Below, in pieces: positions 32,849 to 43,778 of a stretch of 64,000 nt of DNA (positions are counted from its first letter, which is position 1; each line of letters starts with the position of its first letter). Origin of the DNA: Trueperaceae bacterium. GTDB lineage: Bacteria; Deinococcota; Deinococci; Deinococcales; Trueperaceae. The stretch covers positions 544,001 through 608,000 of the forward strand of contig JAXHNB010000005.1 in NCBI GenBank assembly GCA_034520945.1, in the 5' to 3' direction. The notes beneath the pieces are model-generated. The model was not told where the DNA came from and searched no databases. It worked only from the letters and a program-made list of their open reading frames with translations. Position numbers and translations under genes: made by a program.

Positions 32849-33464
32849 CTCTCGTTCCGACGTTCGTGGGGTCGTTTTGCGGGGGGTTTCGGGGGGGCGT
32901 GTTTTGCGTGTCAGGCGTTGGTGTAGCGTTCGGTGGGGATGTTGAGCAGGTTCAGTACTTGGTGTTGGGTGTTAGTGAGGGTGATCGGGTAGGTGTGCAG
33001 GATGGTTCCGTTGTGGGTGATGGCGTGCCGGGTGATGCCGGCGTAGAGCTTGAGGATGAGGTTGCTGGTGGGTCGGCTGGTGGGGCGCCCTTCGGGGTAG
33101 AGCGGCAGGCCATGAATGTGGTGGTGGGTCATGGCTTGGCGTAGTTCGCGTTCGATGAGGGCGCCGGTGAGGAGCGCGAGGAAGTCGATGATCAGGAGGG
33201 CGTGGATGCGGCCGGGGTTCTTGAGCAGGACGGGCGCGATCTCGAGGCCGCTCTTGGCGTCGCTGAAGCGTCGTTCCACGCCGTGCTGGCGCTTGTGCGC
33301 GTCGAGCGCCTGCTCGGGCGTGAGGGTGCGGTCGTTGCTGATGAGGGGGAACATCCCATCGCTCGCGCGCGTGAGGGTCAGCGCTTCTTCATTGACATGG
33401 TGGTGGATGGTCCACTTGCGTTTGTCGACGCGCTTGTAGGTGGTGTTCGGTCCGGGCCGGCCGG
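32849..33464 (-). mobile_element. IS1634-family element, 3' remnant (transposase C-terminus and right end)
   Basis: Minus frame GRPGPNTTYKR...DGMFPLISND...HKRQHGVERRFSDAKSGLEIAPVLLKNPGRIHAL (stop at 32911); terminus CTCTCGTTCCG interrupts the RT. Confidence 0.78.
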
Positions 33465-34742
33465 TGGACCTCCCCCGGCGAGGTGGACCGGGCTTGGGCG
33501 CCTTGGATCATGCGGGCACCGTCCTGCGAGCGTACTGGGTTTCCCACTCCACTGGGGTGAGCATGCCCAGGGTGGAGTGACGCCGACGCTGGTTGTACGT
33601 CACCTCCAGCCAGAAGAAGAGCGCGGTTCTCAGTTCCTCCCTCGACCGCCACGCGTGGCGGTCGAGGAGCTCCGTCTGCAACGACGCGAAGAAGCTTTCC
33701 ATCACAGCGTTATCGTGGGGGCTTCCCCGACCGCTCATGCTACTGACCAGGCCCAAACCGGATAGCGTCTCGCCGAAACGAATCGAGGTGTACGTCGCTC
33801 CGCGGTCGGAGTGATGGATCAGGCCGCCGTTCAGGTCGCGCCGGCCGGCGGCCATGGCGACGGCGTCGACCACCAGCTCGGTGGACGCCTGCGTACCCAT
33901 GGACCACCCCACGATCCGTTTCGATGCCGCATCGAGGACGGCCGCCAGGTACAACCAGCCGTCGTCCGTAAGGTGCTGCGTCACGTCCGCGAACCACACG
34001 CGGTTGGGCACCTCCACCTCGAAGGCACGTTGGATGCGATCCGGCGCGACGCGCTCCGCCAGTGAGGCCTCCTGCGCCTTGCGGCGGCCCTGCTTGCGGC
34101 GGTGCACCCCCTGCAAGCCCGCAGCCCGCATGAGGCGCTCCACGCGCTTTGTGGAGACGTACCAGCCGTGCTCCAGGCGCAGCTCGGCGTGCACCCGTGG
34201 TGAGCCGTACGTGCCGTCCGACGCGGCGTGAATCTCACGGATGACGCGAAGCAGCTCATCGTCCTCCTGGGCCCTCTGGGACGGCGGGCGGTCCCGCCAG
34301 GCGTAGTACCCCGCCCGAGCAATGTTCAGAACGCGGCACATGGTTCTGACGCTGTGGTTCGCCTTCTCCGCATCGACGAACCGATAGACGCTTACCGCGT
34401 CGATCGGTCGTCCGTCGCGAAGAAGGCTGCCGCCTTTCGGAGAATCTCCCGTTCCTCACGCAACACGCGGTTCTCGCGTTTCAAACGGCGGATCTCCGCG
34501 CTTTCCTCGACCGCCTGCGGGTTCTCCTGGACTTCGGCGTCCCGCACCCACTTCCGGATCGAGTACGCGCTCACGCCCAGTTCCTCCGCCAGTTTCCGGA
34601 AGCCCTTGCCGCTCTCCCGGTAGAGGCGTACGACCTCCTGTTTGTACTCGCTGCTGTACCGCTTGGCCATTCGGACCAGTCCTTTCCTTCCCGGAACCTA
34701 CCAGGAAGCAGTCACATGGTCCACGAGGCCGGAGGAACTCCA
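33465..34742 (-). mobile_element. IS3-family element (1,278 bp): orfA 34392-34670, orfB 33508-~34395
   Basis: 25-bp imperfect IRs TGGACCTCCCCCGGCGAGGTGGACC / TGGAGTTCCTCCGGCCTCGTGGACC; HTH orfA; DDE orfB (WFADVT, HHSDRG, DNAVMESFF); no target duplication. Confidence 0.93.
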
Positions 34743-34959
34743 CACCCACACCAGCCGCAGTACCTCCCTGATCTTCCGCATCGAAACCCTCTTTCCAGGC
34801 ATGCGGCACCTCCAACGGCACCGTACGCCCCCAAGAATCCCCAACCCGCACCCCACCCCGGGAGGCTGGCGGAATCGATCGGAATCCGGTGGCGCCATCA
34901 ACCGGAATCAGATGGCGACATGAATCGGAATCAGGTGGCGACAACGACCGGAATATCCA
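34743..34959 (-). mobile_element. IS21-family left end plus first 20 codons of istA, cut by the IS3
   Basis: TGGATATTCC terminus, ~23-bp internal repeats (GCCACCTGATTCCG-like), MPGKRVSMRKIREVLRL from 34802. Confidence 0.85.
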
Positions 34960-35963
34960 TCGCTGAAGAACGACAACCGGACCGGCACCAGTTCCGCCTG
35001 ATCCAACTTCGCGCGGGCGCCCTCGGTGGCGTCGATGGCGAGGACCACCACCTCCCCTTCCGCGGCGGGCGCCACCTGCAGGCGCGTCACCAGCTCCGCC
35101 AGCCACTCCAGGTACAGCTCGGCCGCCAGGGCGCTGAACCCGTAACGGTCCGTGAGTTCGTGGTGCATGCCCTCCCGCGCAGCGGGCGCGCCCGGCAGGA
35201 TCGCGCCGGCCGGCACGTCCAGCTCCCCCGCCTCGCGCGGGTGGCGCTGCAAGACCCAACGGACCTGCTCGACCTCGAGCGTGCTCCACCCCACCCGCGC
35301 GGCCAAAACCTCCGCAGGTGCCTCGTGCGCGTCGCGCACGCGCACGACCCCAGCCAGCAGCGCCTTCCAGGCCGACGGCGTCACGCCCAACGCGGCGCGT
35401 TCCTCCTCCAGCGCGCCTCCCGCCAGGAGGCGCCCCACAAGCCACGCCACCACGCCCAACGCCTCCAGCTGCTCCTGGCGACCCCCGACGTGCGGCAGCC
35501 ACACGCCCGCCTCCCGCTACGGCTGGAGGCGGCCCGCCAACGCCGAAGGGGACAAGCTCGCCCACGCCCCCACGTCCGCCAGGCTCGCCCACCCGCCGGC
35601 GCGGTGCACCTCGAGAAGCCACCGCACGATCCGGGCGCGCTGCAGGCCCGCAAGGCCCCACGCCTCCCACGCCCACCTGTCCTCCAGCACGTCCACCGCC
35701 GTGATCATCACCGGCGCCCGCCGTGCCGCCGAGTGCCGCCTGGAACGCGTCAGCGGCGCAGGCAAGCGCACCTGTCCCGGCAGGACCGCCAACCCCAACG
35801 ACGGCAACCACCCCAGGCTCGCGCGCGCCAACACCTCCGCCTCCAAGGGGCTACGACCGAACTCCACCCGCAACGCCCGCTCGATCACCACCCCCACCCC
35901 CTTCAAGCGCACCGAACGCATCTCGAACGCGATCCGTTGCCGGTAATTCCGAACCCGACCCAC
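34960..35963 (-). pseudogene. DUF1670-like ORF1, copy 1 (in-frame TAG at 35517-35519; truncated by IS21)
   Basis: Clear paralog of 38049-39626 (LQRARIVRWLLEVHRAGGWASL, WLPHVGG, AIDATEGARAKL, LVPVRL). Confidence 0.85.
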
Positions 35964-36019
35964 CCCGTCACCCCCTCCAAGACAAGAACGAGGAGGCTAT
36001 CGTACTGGCAAACCGCTAT

Positions 36020-37997
36020 CCCGCCTTCGACACCTCGTGGGCATGCGCGGGGGTGGGGTCGTGCGTGGGACGGGGTTCGTAGGGTCGTAGGTGCGCGTCG
36101 GGGGGCTTGCGATGGGCATAAGCTTGTGGATAACGAGCTTGTCCTGTTCGTAGGTGACGTGCTATCGTGTGGGCATGTACGTTCGGGAGGTGAAGTCGGG
36201 CGGGCATGCCTACTTGTCGTTGGCGCACAACCGGCGCGATCCGGACAGCGGGCAGGTGAAGGCGGAGGTGCTGTACAACTTCGGTCGGAAGGACCGCATC
36301 GACCAGAACGCGTTGCGGCGCCTGGTGCGCAGCCTGGCGCGGTTCCTGGAGCCCGGCGAGGTGGAGCAGTTGGCGGGGTCGGGCGCGCTGGGCGACCTGG
36401 GCGCGTTCGTGCGGGCGAAACGGCTGGGCGGCACGCACGTGCTGGACGGGATCTGGGCGCGTCTCGGCATCGACGAGGCGTTACGCGGGCTGTTGAAGGC
36501 GCGGCGGTTCCGCACGCCGGTCGAACGGCTCCTGTTCGCGTTGGTGGCGCAACGGGCGTTGAACCCGGGCAGCAAGCTGGACGTGGAGTCTTGGGTGCGG
36601 GACGAGACGCACGTGAACGGCCTCGAGCAGCGTGGACGTGCAACAGCTCTACCGCGCCATGGACTTCCTGCTTGAGGCGCACGACGAGATTCAACGCGAG
36701 GTGTTCTGGAGCGTCAGCAACCTCTTCAACCTCGAGGTGGACGTGATCTTCGTGGATACCACCAGCGTGTACTTCGAGATCGAAGGCGAAGACGAGGCGC
36801 CCGTCGACGACGAGGCTGGGAACGGCGACGAAGGCGAGGGCGACGAGGGTGCCGAGGGCGCCGAGGCCTTGCGGATGCGCGGGCACTCCAAGGACGCCCG
36901 GCCGGACCTGGCGCAGGCCGTTGTGGCGTTCGCCGTCACCCGCGACGGGATTCCCGTCCGGTGTTGGGTGTGGCCCGGCAACACGGCGGACGTGAACGTC
37001 GTCGAGGAAGTGAAGCGGGACCTGAACGATTGGAAGCTGGACCGCGTGATCGTGGTGGCCGACACCGGCTTCAACATCGCAAGCGAACCGCCGCACCCTG
37101 CAGGGCGCGGCGGACGCGTACATCCTGGGCGAGAAACTCCGGCTCGGACCGAACGGCACCCTGCCGGAGGCGTTGCGGCGGCCCGGCCGGTACAAGACCC
37201 TTCAGAACGGGTTGCGGATCAAGGAGGTCACCACGCAGCGGGGCAGCGTGATGGCCCGGCGCTTCGTGGTGGTGCACAACCCTGAGCAGGCCAAACGGGA
37301 CCAGGCGAAACGCGACGAGATCGTCGCGGACACCGAGATGCGCCTCGCGAACATGAACCAGCTCGACGGGGAGGCGCACACCAAGGCCGCGTGCGACCTG
37401 CGCGCGCACCCGAGCTTCGGGCGGTACGTCCGGCAGACCAAGACCGGGCTCTTGCGGTTGGACAAGGGCAAGATCGCGCGGGAGGCGAAACTGGACGGGA
37501 AGTTCCTGGTCAGCACCAGCGATCCGCACCTCCCCGCCGAGGACGTCGCCATGGGGTACAAGCAACTGCACGAGGTGGAACGCGTCCACCGGGACTTGAA
37601 GCACACCGTCGACGTCCGGCCCGTCTACCACCGCCGAGCCGATCGGATTCGCGCGCACATGATCCTCTGCTGGCTGGCGCTCCTCCTGATCCGCGTGGCG
37701 GAGAACGAGACCGGCCGGACCTGGTTTCAGCTCAAACGAACCCTGCATTCCTTGTCCGTCGCGGAGCACACCACCGAGGCCGGCCCCATCGTGCAAACCA
37801 ACCGGCCCAACACCGAGCAGAAAGCCGTCCTGGACGCCGTGAACCTGAGACCACCCCCCAGGTACCTGGCGTTCCCCACCCCCACCAAGGCCGCCTGAAG
37901 GCGTAGACACAAACCCCAGACCGCCTTCAACGGCCGTTCTAGCGTCCCACACTTCCCGCACGGCCGATCCTTATGACCACCAACTGTCGAGCGCGGG
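36020..37997 (+). mobile_element. IS1634-family element; transposase 36175-37898 with two frameshifts (~36630, ~37080)
   Basis: 25-bp imperfect IRs CCCGCCTTCGACACCTCGTGGGCAT / CCCGCGCTCGACAGTTGGTGGTCAT; FVDTTSVYFE, GHSKDARPDL, WPGNTAD, VVADTG and YKQLHEVERVHRDLK motifs. Confidence 0.88.
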
Positions 37998-38048
37998 ATA
38001 GCGGTCATGTGGTAGGAAGGGGTACGTTCTTGGGTTGGGAGGGTGCTG

Positions 38049-39626
38049 GTGGGTAGGTCGCGGCGGTATCGGGAGCGGATCGAGGCGGAGACGCGTTCGG
38101 TGGCGGTGAAGGGCGTGTCGGCGGTGATCGCGCGGGCATTGCGAACGGAGTTCGGCCGGAGCCGGATGGAGGCGGAGGCGTTGGCGGCGCGGAGCGTGGC
38201 GTGGCTGCCGGCGTTGGGGGTGGGCCTGGCGCCGGGACGAGCGACGCTGTCGGTGCCGGCGACGGCGTCGCGTCGTTGGGCACGGGAGCGCAGGCGCATG
38301 GCGACCCTATCGCTGGTGGACGTGGAGCGCGACACGGAGGCGTGGCGGCGTTGGGGCTTGCCCGCGCTGCAGCGGGCCCGGGCGGTGCGCTGGCTGCTCG
38401 AGGTCCACCGGCAGGGGGGTTGGGCGAGCCTGAGCGAGGTGGCGGCGTGGGCGAACCTGACGCCGACGGCGCTCTCATCGCGGTTGCGGCCGTTGCGGGA
38501 GGTGGGCGTGTGGCTGCCGCACGTCGGCGGGCCGGCGGCGTCGGACGCGGCGTGGGGCGTGGAGGCCTGGCTGCTGGGTCGGCACTTGGGGGGCGGCGAC
38601 CTCGCGGCGGCGCTGGAACTGGCGGGGTATGGCGATGCGGCATGGCGGGGGGTGCTGGAAGCCGCCGCGCGGATGATGGCGCTGCATGAGGCCGGCACCG
38701 AACCCGAGGAGATCGCGGGCGTGGTGGGGCGCAGCGTTCGCGAGGTGCGCGAGGGCCTGCGGGTGGTCGCGGATCACGGCGGTCTGGACCTCCCCGCGGT
38801 ATCGGCGCTGCCTCCCTCGCAGGCACGGGGGGAGGAGATCGAGGGGGAACTGGTCGAGCGGTTCGGGTTCTCGCGCGTGGCGGCGGGCCTGTACCGGGCG
38901 TGGTTGGCGCGCCTGGCGGGCGAACTGGCCGCGCCGGGCGCGGGCGAGGGCGAGCTGACCTTCTTCGCGATCGACGCGGGCGAGGGCGCCCGCGCGAAAC
39001 TGACGGAGGCGAAGCTGGTACCGGTCCGCCTGACGTTCATCACCGACGCGGACCTGGCGTTGGGGCCGCGCGGGCTGGTCCCGACGCGGGTGGCGGAAAT
39101 GAAGTTCGCGCGGATCGAACGGCTCGCCCGCCAAGCCCGTGAGCAGGGCGCCCTGCTGACCCTGCCGGACTTGGCGGTCCTGCTCGGAATGCACGTCGAC
39201 GCCATCCGGCATCACCTGGCGGAGCATCCCGACGTGCTGGTCCCCACCCGCGGGCGCGTCAAGGACATCGGGCGGGGCGTGAGCCACAAGACCTGGATCG
39301 TGGAGCTGTACCTGCAGATGCACTCCGAGAGCGAGATCGTCGAGCGCACCCAGCACGCGTACGAGAGCGTCGAAGCGTACCTCAGGGAGTTCGCGCGGGT
39401 GTTGATCCTTGCCGATCGCGGCATGAACGCGGTGATGATCCGGCGCGTCACGCACCGCTCGATGTCACTGGTGAACGGCTACCTCGAGTTGTACCGGCGT
39501 TACGACCGGCCCGAGCATCACTTCCGGTTGTCGCAACTGCGTGACGCGTTCACCCGCGAGGACCTCCTCGGCGGCGAAAAGGGGGGGCACCACCGTGCTT
39601 CCCGTACCGGGGACGGCACGCCGTGA
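38049..39626 (+). CDS. DUF1670-like protein ORF1 (one degenerate and one full repeat)
   Basis: QAREQGALLTLPDLA...VPTRGRVKDIGRGVSHKTWIVELYL...TQHAYESVEAYLREF; GTG start aligned with copy 1. Confidence 0.75.
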   Translation: MGRSRRYRERIEAETRSVAVKGVSAVIARALRTEFGRSRMEAEALAARSVAWLPALGVGLAPGRATLSVPATASRRWARERRRMATLSLVDVERDTEAWRRWGLPALQRARAVRWLLEVHRQGGWASLSEVAAWANLTPTALSSRLRPLREVGVWLPHVGGPAASDAAWGVEAWLLGRHLGGGDLAAALELAGYGDAAWRGVLEAAARMMALHEAGTEPEEIAGVVGRSVREVREGLRVVADHGGLDLPAVSALPPSQARGEEIEGELVERFGFSRVAAGLYRAWLARLAGELAAPGAGEGELTFFAIDAGEGARAKLTEAKLVPVRLTFITDADLALGPRGLVPTRVAEMKFARIERLARQAREQGALLTLPDLAVLLGMHVDAIRHHLAEHPDVLVPTRGRVKDIGRGVSHKTWIVELYLQMHSESEIVERTQHAYESVEAYLREFARVLILADRGMNAVMIRRVTHRSMSLVNGYLELYRRYDRPEHHFRLSQLRDAFTREDLLGGEKGGHHRASRTGDGTP

Positions 39627-40567
39627 CCTGGCAGCACGAGGTGTTCGGCCCCATGCTGGAGCGCACCCTGGAGAACGCCCAGGTGCACTGCCTCGCCACG
39701 CGGTACGACCTCTCCCGCGACTCTCGCCTCGCGCGCGCCATCGTCACCAAGGTCAATACCGCCCTCGACACGGAAGAGCGAAGGCGCGGCGTGCAACGCG
39801 TCCATACCGGCGAACTGCTGATCCGCACCGGCCGCGGCCCGCTCGTCCTGCCGCTACGCACCCCAGAACTGCTCCAGCGCGTCATTGACGGTGAACGCTG
39901 GGACCGCGTGCGACGCGACATCCTCACCGAAAGCGCCGATCGGTACCGACAGCTGTTCCCCGACGCGCACCCCCAAGACGTGCGCGACTTCCTCCGCGCC
40001 CTCTATCCCGGCCGCATGCCACGCACGGCCGGCACCCATCCCGCCGTCGGGCCGCGCCGCACGCGCCCGTGGGGAAGCACCATCCCCGGCGGCACGCCCG
40101 CCCCCGAGCTGGACCTCGCACGGGCGGAACGCCGCACGCAGCGCGGCCCACCCAGGCCCGCCCACGAGCAAGACACCCTCATGGCCCTCACGCGCTACCT
40201 CGGCACCGAGGCCGGCATTCCCCCAGCCGTGCAGGAACCGATGCTGCTCGAGTTGAGCGCGCTACGCGCCCGTTTCCACCCCCGCGTCGGCATGCTCGCC
40301 AGCGGCCACATGCCCCTCGCCGCCATGCACGCCGATGCCGGCCGGAACCTCTGGCGCGCCAGTCGCGACCAACCCCTCGCGCCCATCACCATCAGCGTCC
40401 TGCAAGGTGGGTATTCCAGGCGTTTTCGGCCACCGATTCCACGGGAAAGCGGCCACTGATTCCACGGGATTCCGGCCACCTGTTCCAGGGGATTTCGGCC
40501 GCCCTTCCCGGGAGGGGTAGGGCGGGAATCTCGTTGGGCTTACGGTGCTTCCGTGAGGGGAGGCCGT

Positions 40568-42160
40568 ATGCCGAGGAAGAGGTTGTCGATGCGGAAGGTC
40601 AGAGAGGTATTGCGCTTGTTGTGGGGCCAGCGTCGGAGCGCGCGGGAGGTGGCCGTAAGCTGCAACCTGGCACGCAGCAGCGTCCGAGAGTACGAGCGGA
40701 GGGCCGAAGCTGCGGGCTTGTCATGGCCGCTGCCGGACGTGGACGACGGGACGCTGGAGAACACGCTGTTCCCCCCACGGCCTGGGGCGAAGGAGGTCGA
40801 ACGGCCGTTGCCGGACTGGGACGCGGCGGACCGGGAGTTGCGGCGGAACAAGCGGGTGACGCGCCTCCTTTTGTGGGAGGAGTACCGCGCAGCGCATCCG
40901 CTGGGGTACGCGTACAGCAAGTATTGTGAGGGCCTGCGCACCTGGCGTGACTCGCTGGACGTCTCCATGCGGCAGGTGCATTACGCGGGCGAGAAGGCGT
41001 TCGTCGATTACGCCGGGGACACGATTCCCATCGTCGATGCCGCTACGGGCGAGGTTCGCGACGCGCACGTGTTCGTCGGGGCGTTGGGCGCCAGCCAGTA
41101 CGCGTACGTGGAGGCCACCTGGACGCAGGCCCTGCCGGACTGGATCGCGTCGCACGTGCGGATGCTCGCCTACTTCAGGGGGTGCCCCGAAATCCTCGTG
41201 CCCGACAACCTTAAGGCCGGCGTGAAGAGCCCGCACCTGTTCGAGCCGGAGGTCAACCCGACCTACCTCGAGTTCGCGCGGCACTACGATGTCGCGGTGA
41301 TTCCCGCCCGCCGCCGCCGGCCCAAGGACAAGGCGGTGGTGGAGTCGGGCGTGCAGGTGGTGGAACGCTGGATTCTGGCGCGCCTCAGGAACCGGACGTT
41401 CTTCACGCTTGCGGAAGCGAACGACGCGATCTGGGCGTTGCTGGAGGAGTACAACGAGCGGCCGTTCCAGAAGCGGCCCGGCTCGAGGCGCTCCATGTTC
41501 CTGGAGCTCGACCGGCCGGCCTTGCGGCCGCTGCCCGCCGCGCGGTACGTGTTCGCGGAGTGGTCGAAGGTCCGACCGCACATCGATTACCACGTCCAGA
41601 TCGACAAGCACTTCTACAGTGTCCCCTACCAACTCCGCAAGAAACAGCTCGATGCGCGCGTGACGGCCTCGACGATCGAGGTGTTCCACCGCAACGCGCG
41701 GGTGGCGAGCCACGCCCGCTCGTACCAGAAGGGCGGGCACACCACCGTCAAGGAGCACATGCCCAAAGCGCACCAGGAGCACGCCGGCATGACAGAAGAG
41801 ACCTTATTCGCGTGGGCTGGCCGGATGGGGCCCGCCACCGTCGCGTTCACGGAGGGCGCCATCGCCGCGCGGACGCACCCGCAGCAGGCGTTCCGGTCCT
41901 GCGTTGGCACCCTGAACCTCGGCAAGACGTACGGCAACGACCGGCTCGAGAACGCCTGCGCGCGCGCCGTGAAGCTCCGCTCGTACTCCCTCAAGAGCGT
42001 CAAGGCGATCCTGAAGAACCGTCTCGACGAGCAACCCCTCGAAACGCCCCAAGCGGCCGCCCCACCGAAAACGCAGCATGAGAACGTCCGCGGCGGCGCG
42101 TACTACGCGGCTCCCAGCGAGCCTCGCGAAGAAGAGCAGGAGGGCCAGCCGGCATGCTGA
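40568..42160 (+). CDS. istA: IS21 transposase IstA
   Basis: FVDYAG, VPDNLK and [11 protein letters not shown] motifs; YSVPY. Confidence 0.95.
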   Translation: MPRKRLSMRKVREVLRLLWGQRRSAREVAVSCNLARSSVREYERRAEAAGLSWPLPDVDDGTLENTLFPPRPGAKEVERPLPDWDAADRELRRNKRVTRLLLWEEYRAAHPLGYAYSKYCEGLRTWRDSLDVSMRQVHYAGEKAFVDYAGDTIPIVDAATGEVRDAHVFVGALGASQYAYVEATWTQALPDWIASHVRMLAYFRGCPEILVPDNLKAGVKSPHLFEPEVNPTYLEFARHYDVAVIPARRRRPKDKAVVESGVQVVERWILARLRNRTFFTLAEANDAIWALLEEYNERPFQKRPGSRRSMFLELDRPALRPLPAARYVFAEWSKVRPHIDYHVQIDKHFYSVPYQLRKKQLDARVTASTIEVFHRNARVASHARSYQKGGHTTVKEHMPKAHQEHAGMTEETLFAWAGRMGPATVAFTEGAIAARTHPQQAFRSCVGTLNLGKTYGNDRLENACARAVKLRSYSLKSVKAILKNRLDEQPLETPQAAAPPKTQHENVRGGAYYAAPSEPREEEQEGQPAC

Positions 42161-42914
42161 CGCACCCCACGCTCGAGAAACTCCGGACCCTGCAGTTGCG
42201 CGGCATGGCTGCCGCCCTCGAAGACCAAGCCCGCACGCCCGACATCGAAACCCTCTCCTTCGAAGAACGATTGGGACTGCTGTTGGACCGCGAGGAAACG
42301 ACCCGCGCCGATCGGCGCCTCAAGACCCGCCTCACCCAAGCGAAACTACGCGTGCCGGCCAGCATCGAGGACATCGACTACCAAGCGAAACGAAACCTGG
42401 ACAAGAGCGTCCTGCTGAACCTCGCCAACTGCAATTGGATCGAGCGGCACCAGAACCTCGTCATTACCGGCCCCACCGGCGTCGGCAAGACCTACCTCGC
42501 CTGCGCCCTCGCGCACAAGGCCTGCCAAGAGGGCCACAAGGCCCTCTACCAACGCCTCCCCAGGCTCCTGCACGACCTGGAGATCGCCAAAGGCGACGGC
42601 CGCTACCGAAGCATGCTCGCCAGCCTCCAACGCATCGATCTCATCGCCCTCGACGACTGGGGGTTACCCCCATGAGCGACACCAACCGGCGGGACCTCCT
42701 CGAACTCCTCGACGACCGCTACGCCACCAGAAGCACGCTCATCACCAGCCAACTGCCCGTCGACGCCTGGCACGACTACCTGAACGATCCCACCCTCGCC
42801 GACGCCATCCTGGACCGCTTCATCCACAACGCCCACCGACTCGACCTACGCGGCGACAGCATGCGCAAAACCCGCGGCCGATTGACAGACCACCAGGCCA
42901 CAAGCAACAGTTAA
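42154..42914 (+). CDS. istB: IS21 helper ATPase IstB, frameshift near 42665
   Basis: [16 protein letters not shown]; continues in another frame (ITSQLP...ADAILDR...GDSMRK). Confidence 0.9.
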
Positions 42915-43778
42915 CCCACCTGCCCGCCCCCCAGGGAGAGGGCGGCCGCAATCACCCGGAACGGGTGGCCGGATAACCCCGGAATCACCGGCCGGAATCA
43001 ACCGGAAACGGCGGCCGAATAGCGTGGAATAGCCACAAGGCACCGAACGAGGCACCCTGCAAGCCAACCCGCCCGCCAGCGGCGACGCGTACCTCCAGCT
43101 TCACGGCACCCGCATGGCGCGCGCCCTCAGCGAAGCGTACCTCCAAGACGGCCTGCTCTCCTTCACCGAACTGCAGTGGATCTTCCTCGCCAGCCACGCC
43201 AGCGTCTCCCGCGCCATCGACCATTACCAACGCACGCACCACGTCATCCTGCCCTGCCCCGGCACCGTCCTCGACATGGGCCGCATGCTCACCCACAAGG
43301 ACCTCATCATCAAACTCCATCTACAAGGCCACACCGTCCTCGAGATCAGCGACCGCACCCACCACAACCCCCGCAGCATCGACGCCTACCTCAAAACGTT
43401 CGACGCCGTCCTCATCCTCAAGACCTACCACCTCCCCACCCCCCTCATCGCCACCGTCCTCGGCCACGGCCAAGAACTCATCCACGAATACCTCGACATC
43501 ATCGACGCCTACCTCAAACCCACCCACGCCATCCGCGAACACCTCCAACAACGAGGCGTCACCATCCCCACTCAAACACCACATGCCGGTTGACACAGCA
43601 AGGTCCACACCGGCGATCCGTCCGTTATCCTGGGACACGGTCGCTCTCCTTTCTGGGTCACGAGCCCGTCAGTTACAGATGGGATGTAGAGGCCGCCCTC
43701 CGCCTGACGCAGTCACCCGTCGCGGGGCTGCTCTACCCTGTGGTGACGGGCTGGGTTGGCCCGGAAGGGAGGACGGCC

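Larger units (their letters stand above)
40408..43035 (+). mobile_element. IS21-family element (2,628 bp) with 5-bp target duplication CAAGG
   Basis: TGGGTATTCCA...TGGAATAGCCA ends, multiple internal terminal repeats, CAAGG at 40403-40407 and 43036-43040. Confidence 0.95.
39623..43593 (+). pseudogene. DUF1670-like protein ORF2, interrupted by IS21 (39623-40407 + 43041-43593; 445 aa when rejoined)
   Basis: Removing IS21 and one CAAGG restores the frame (ISVLQG|TERGTLQ); EAYLQDGLLS...PGTVLDMGRMLTHKDLII...THHNPRSIDAYLKTF. Confidence 0.82.
37998..43628 (+). mobile_element. Putative two-gene DUF1670-like mobile unit (~3.0 kb once the nested IS21 is removed)
   Basis: Short inverted ends (GG)ATAGCGG ... 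CCGTTAT(CC); left 60 bp conserved with copy 1; two coupled paralogous ORFs; mobility is inferred. Confidence 0.6.

Noticed and set aside
32316..32945. Reverse transcriptase beside pilin genes as a DGR or retron
   Set aside because: It lies inside a recognisable group IIC ribozyme and is truncated before YADD; no TR/VR pair or msr-msd is visible.
34860..34959. ~23-bp repeats here and at 40408-40500 and 42945-43035 as CRISPR or iterons
   Set aside because: They are the normal multiple terminal repeats of IS21-family ends.
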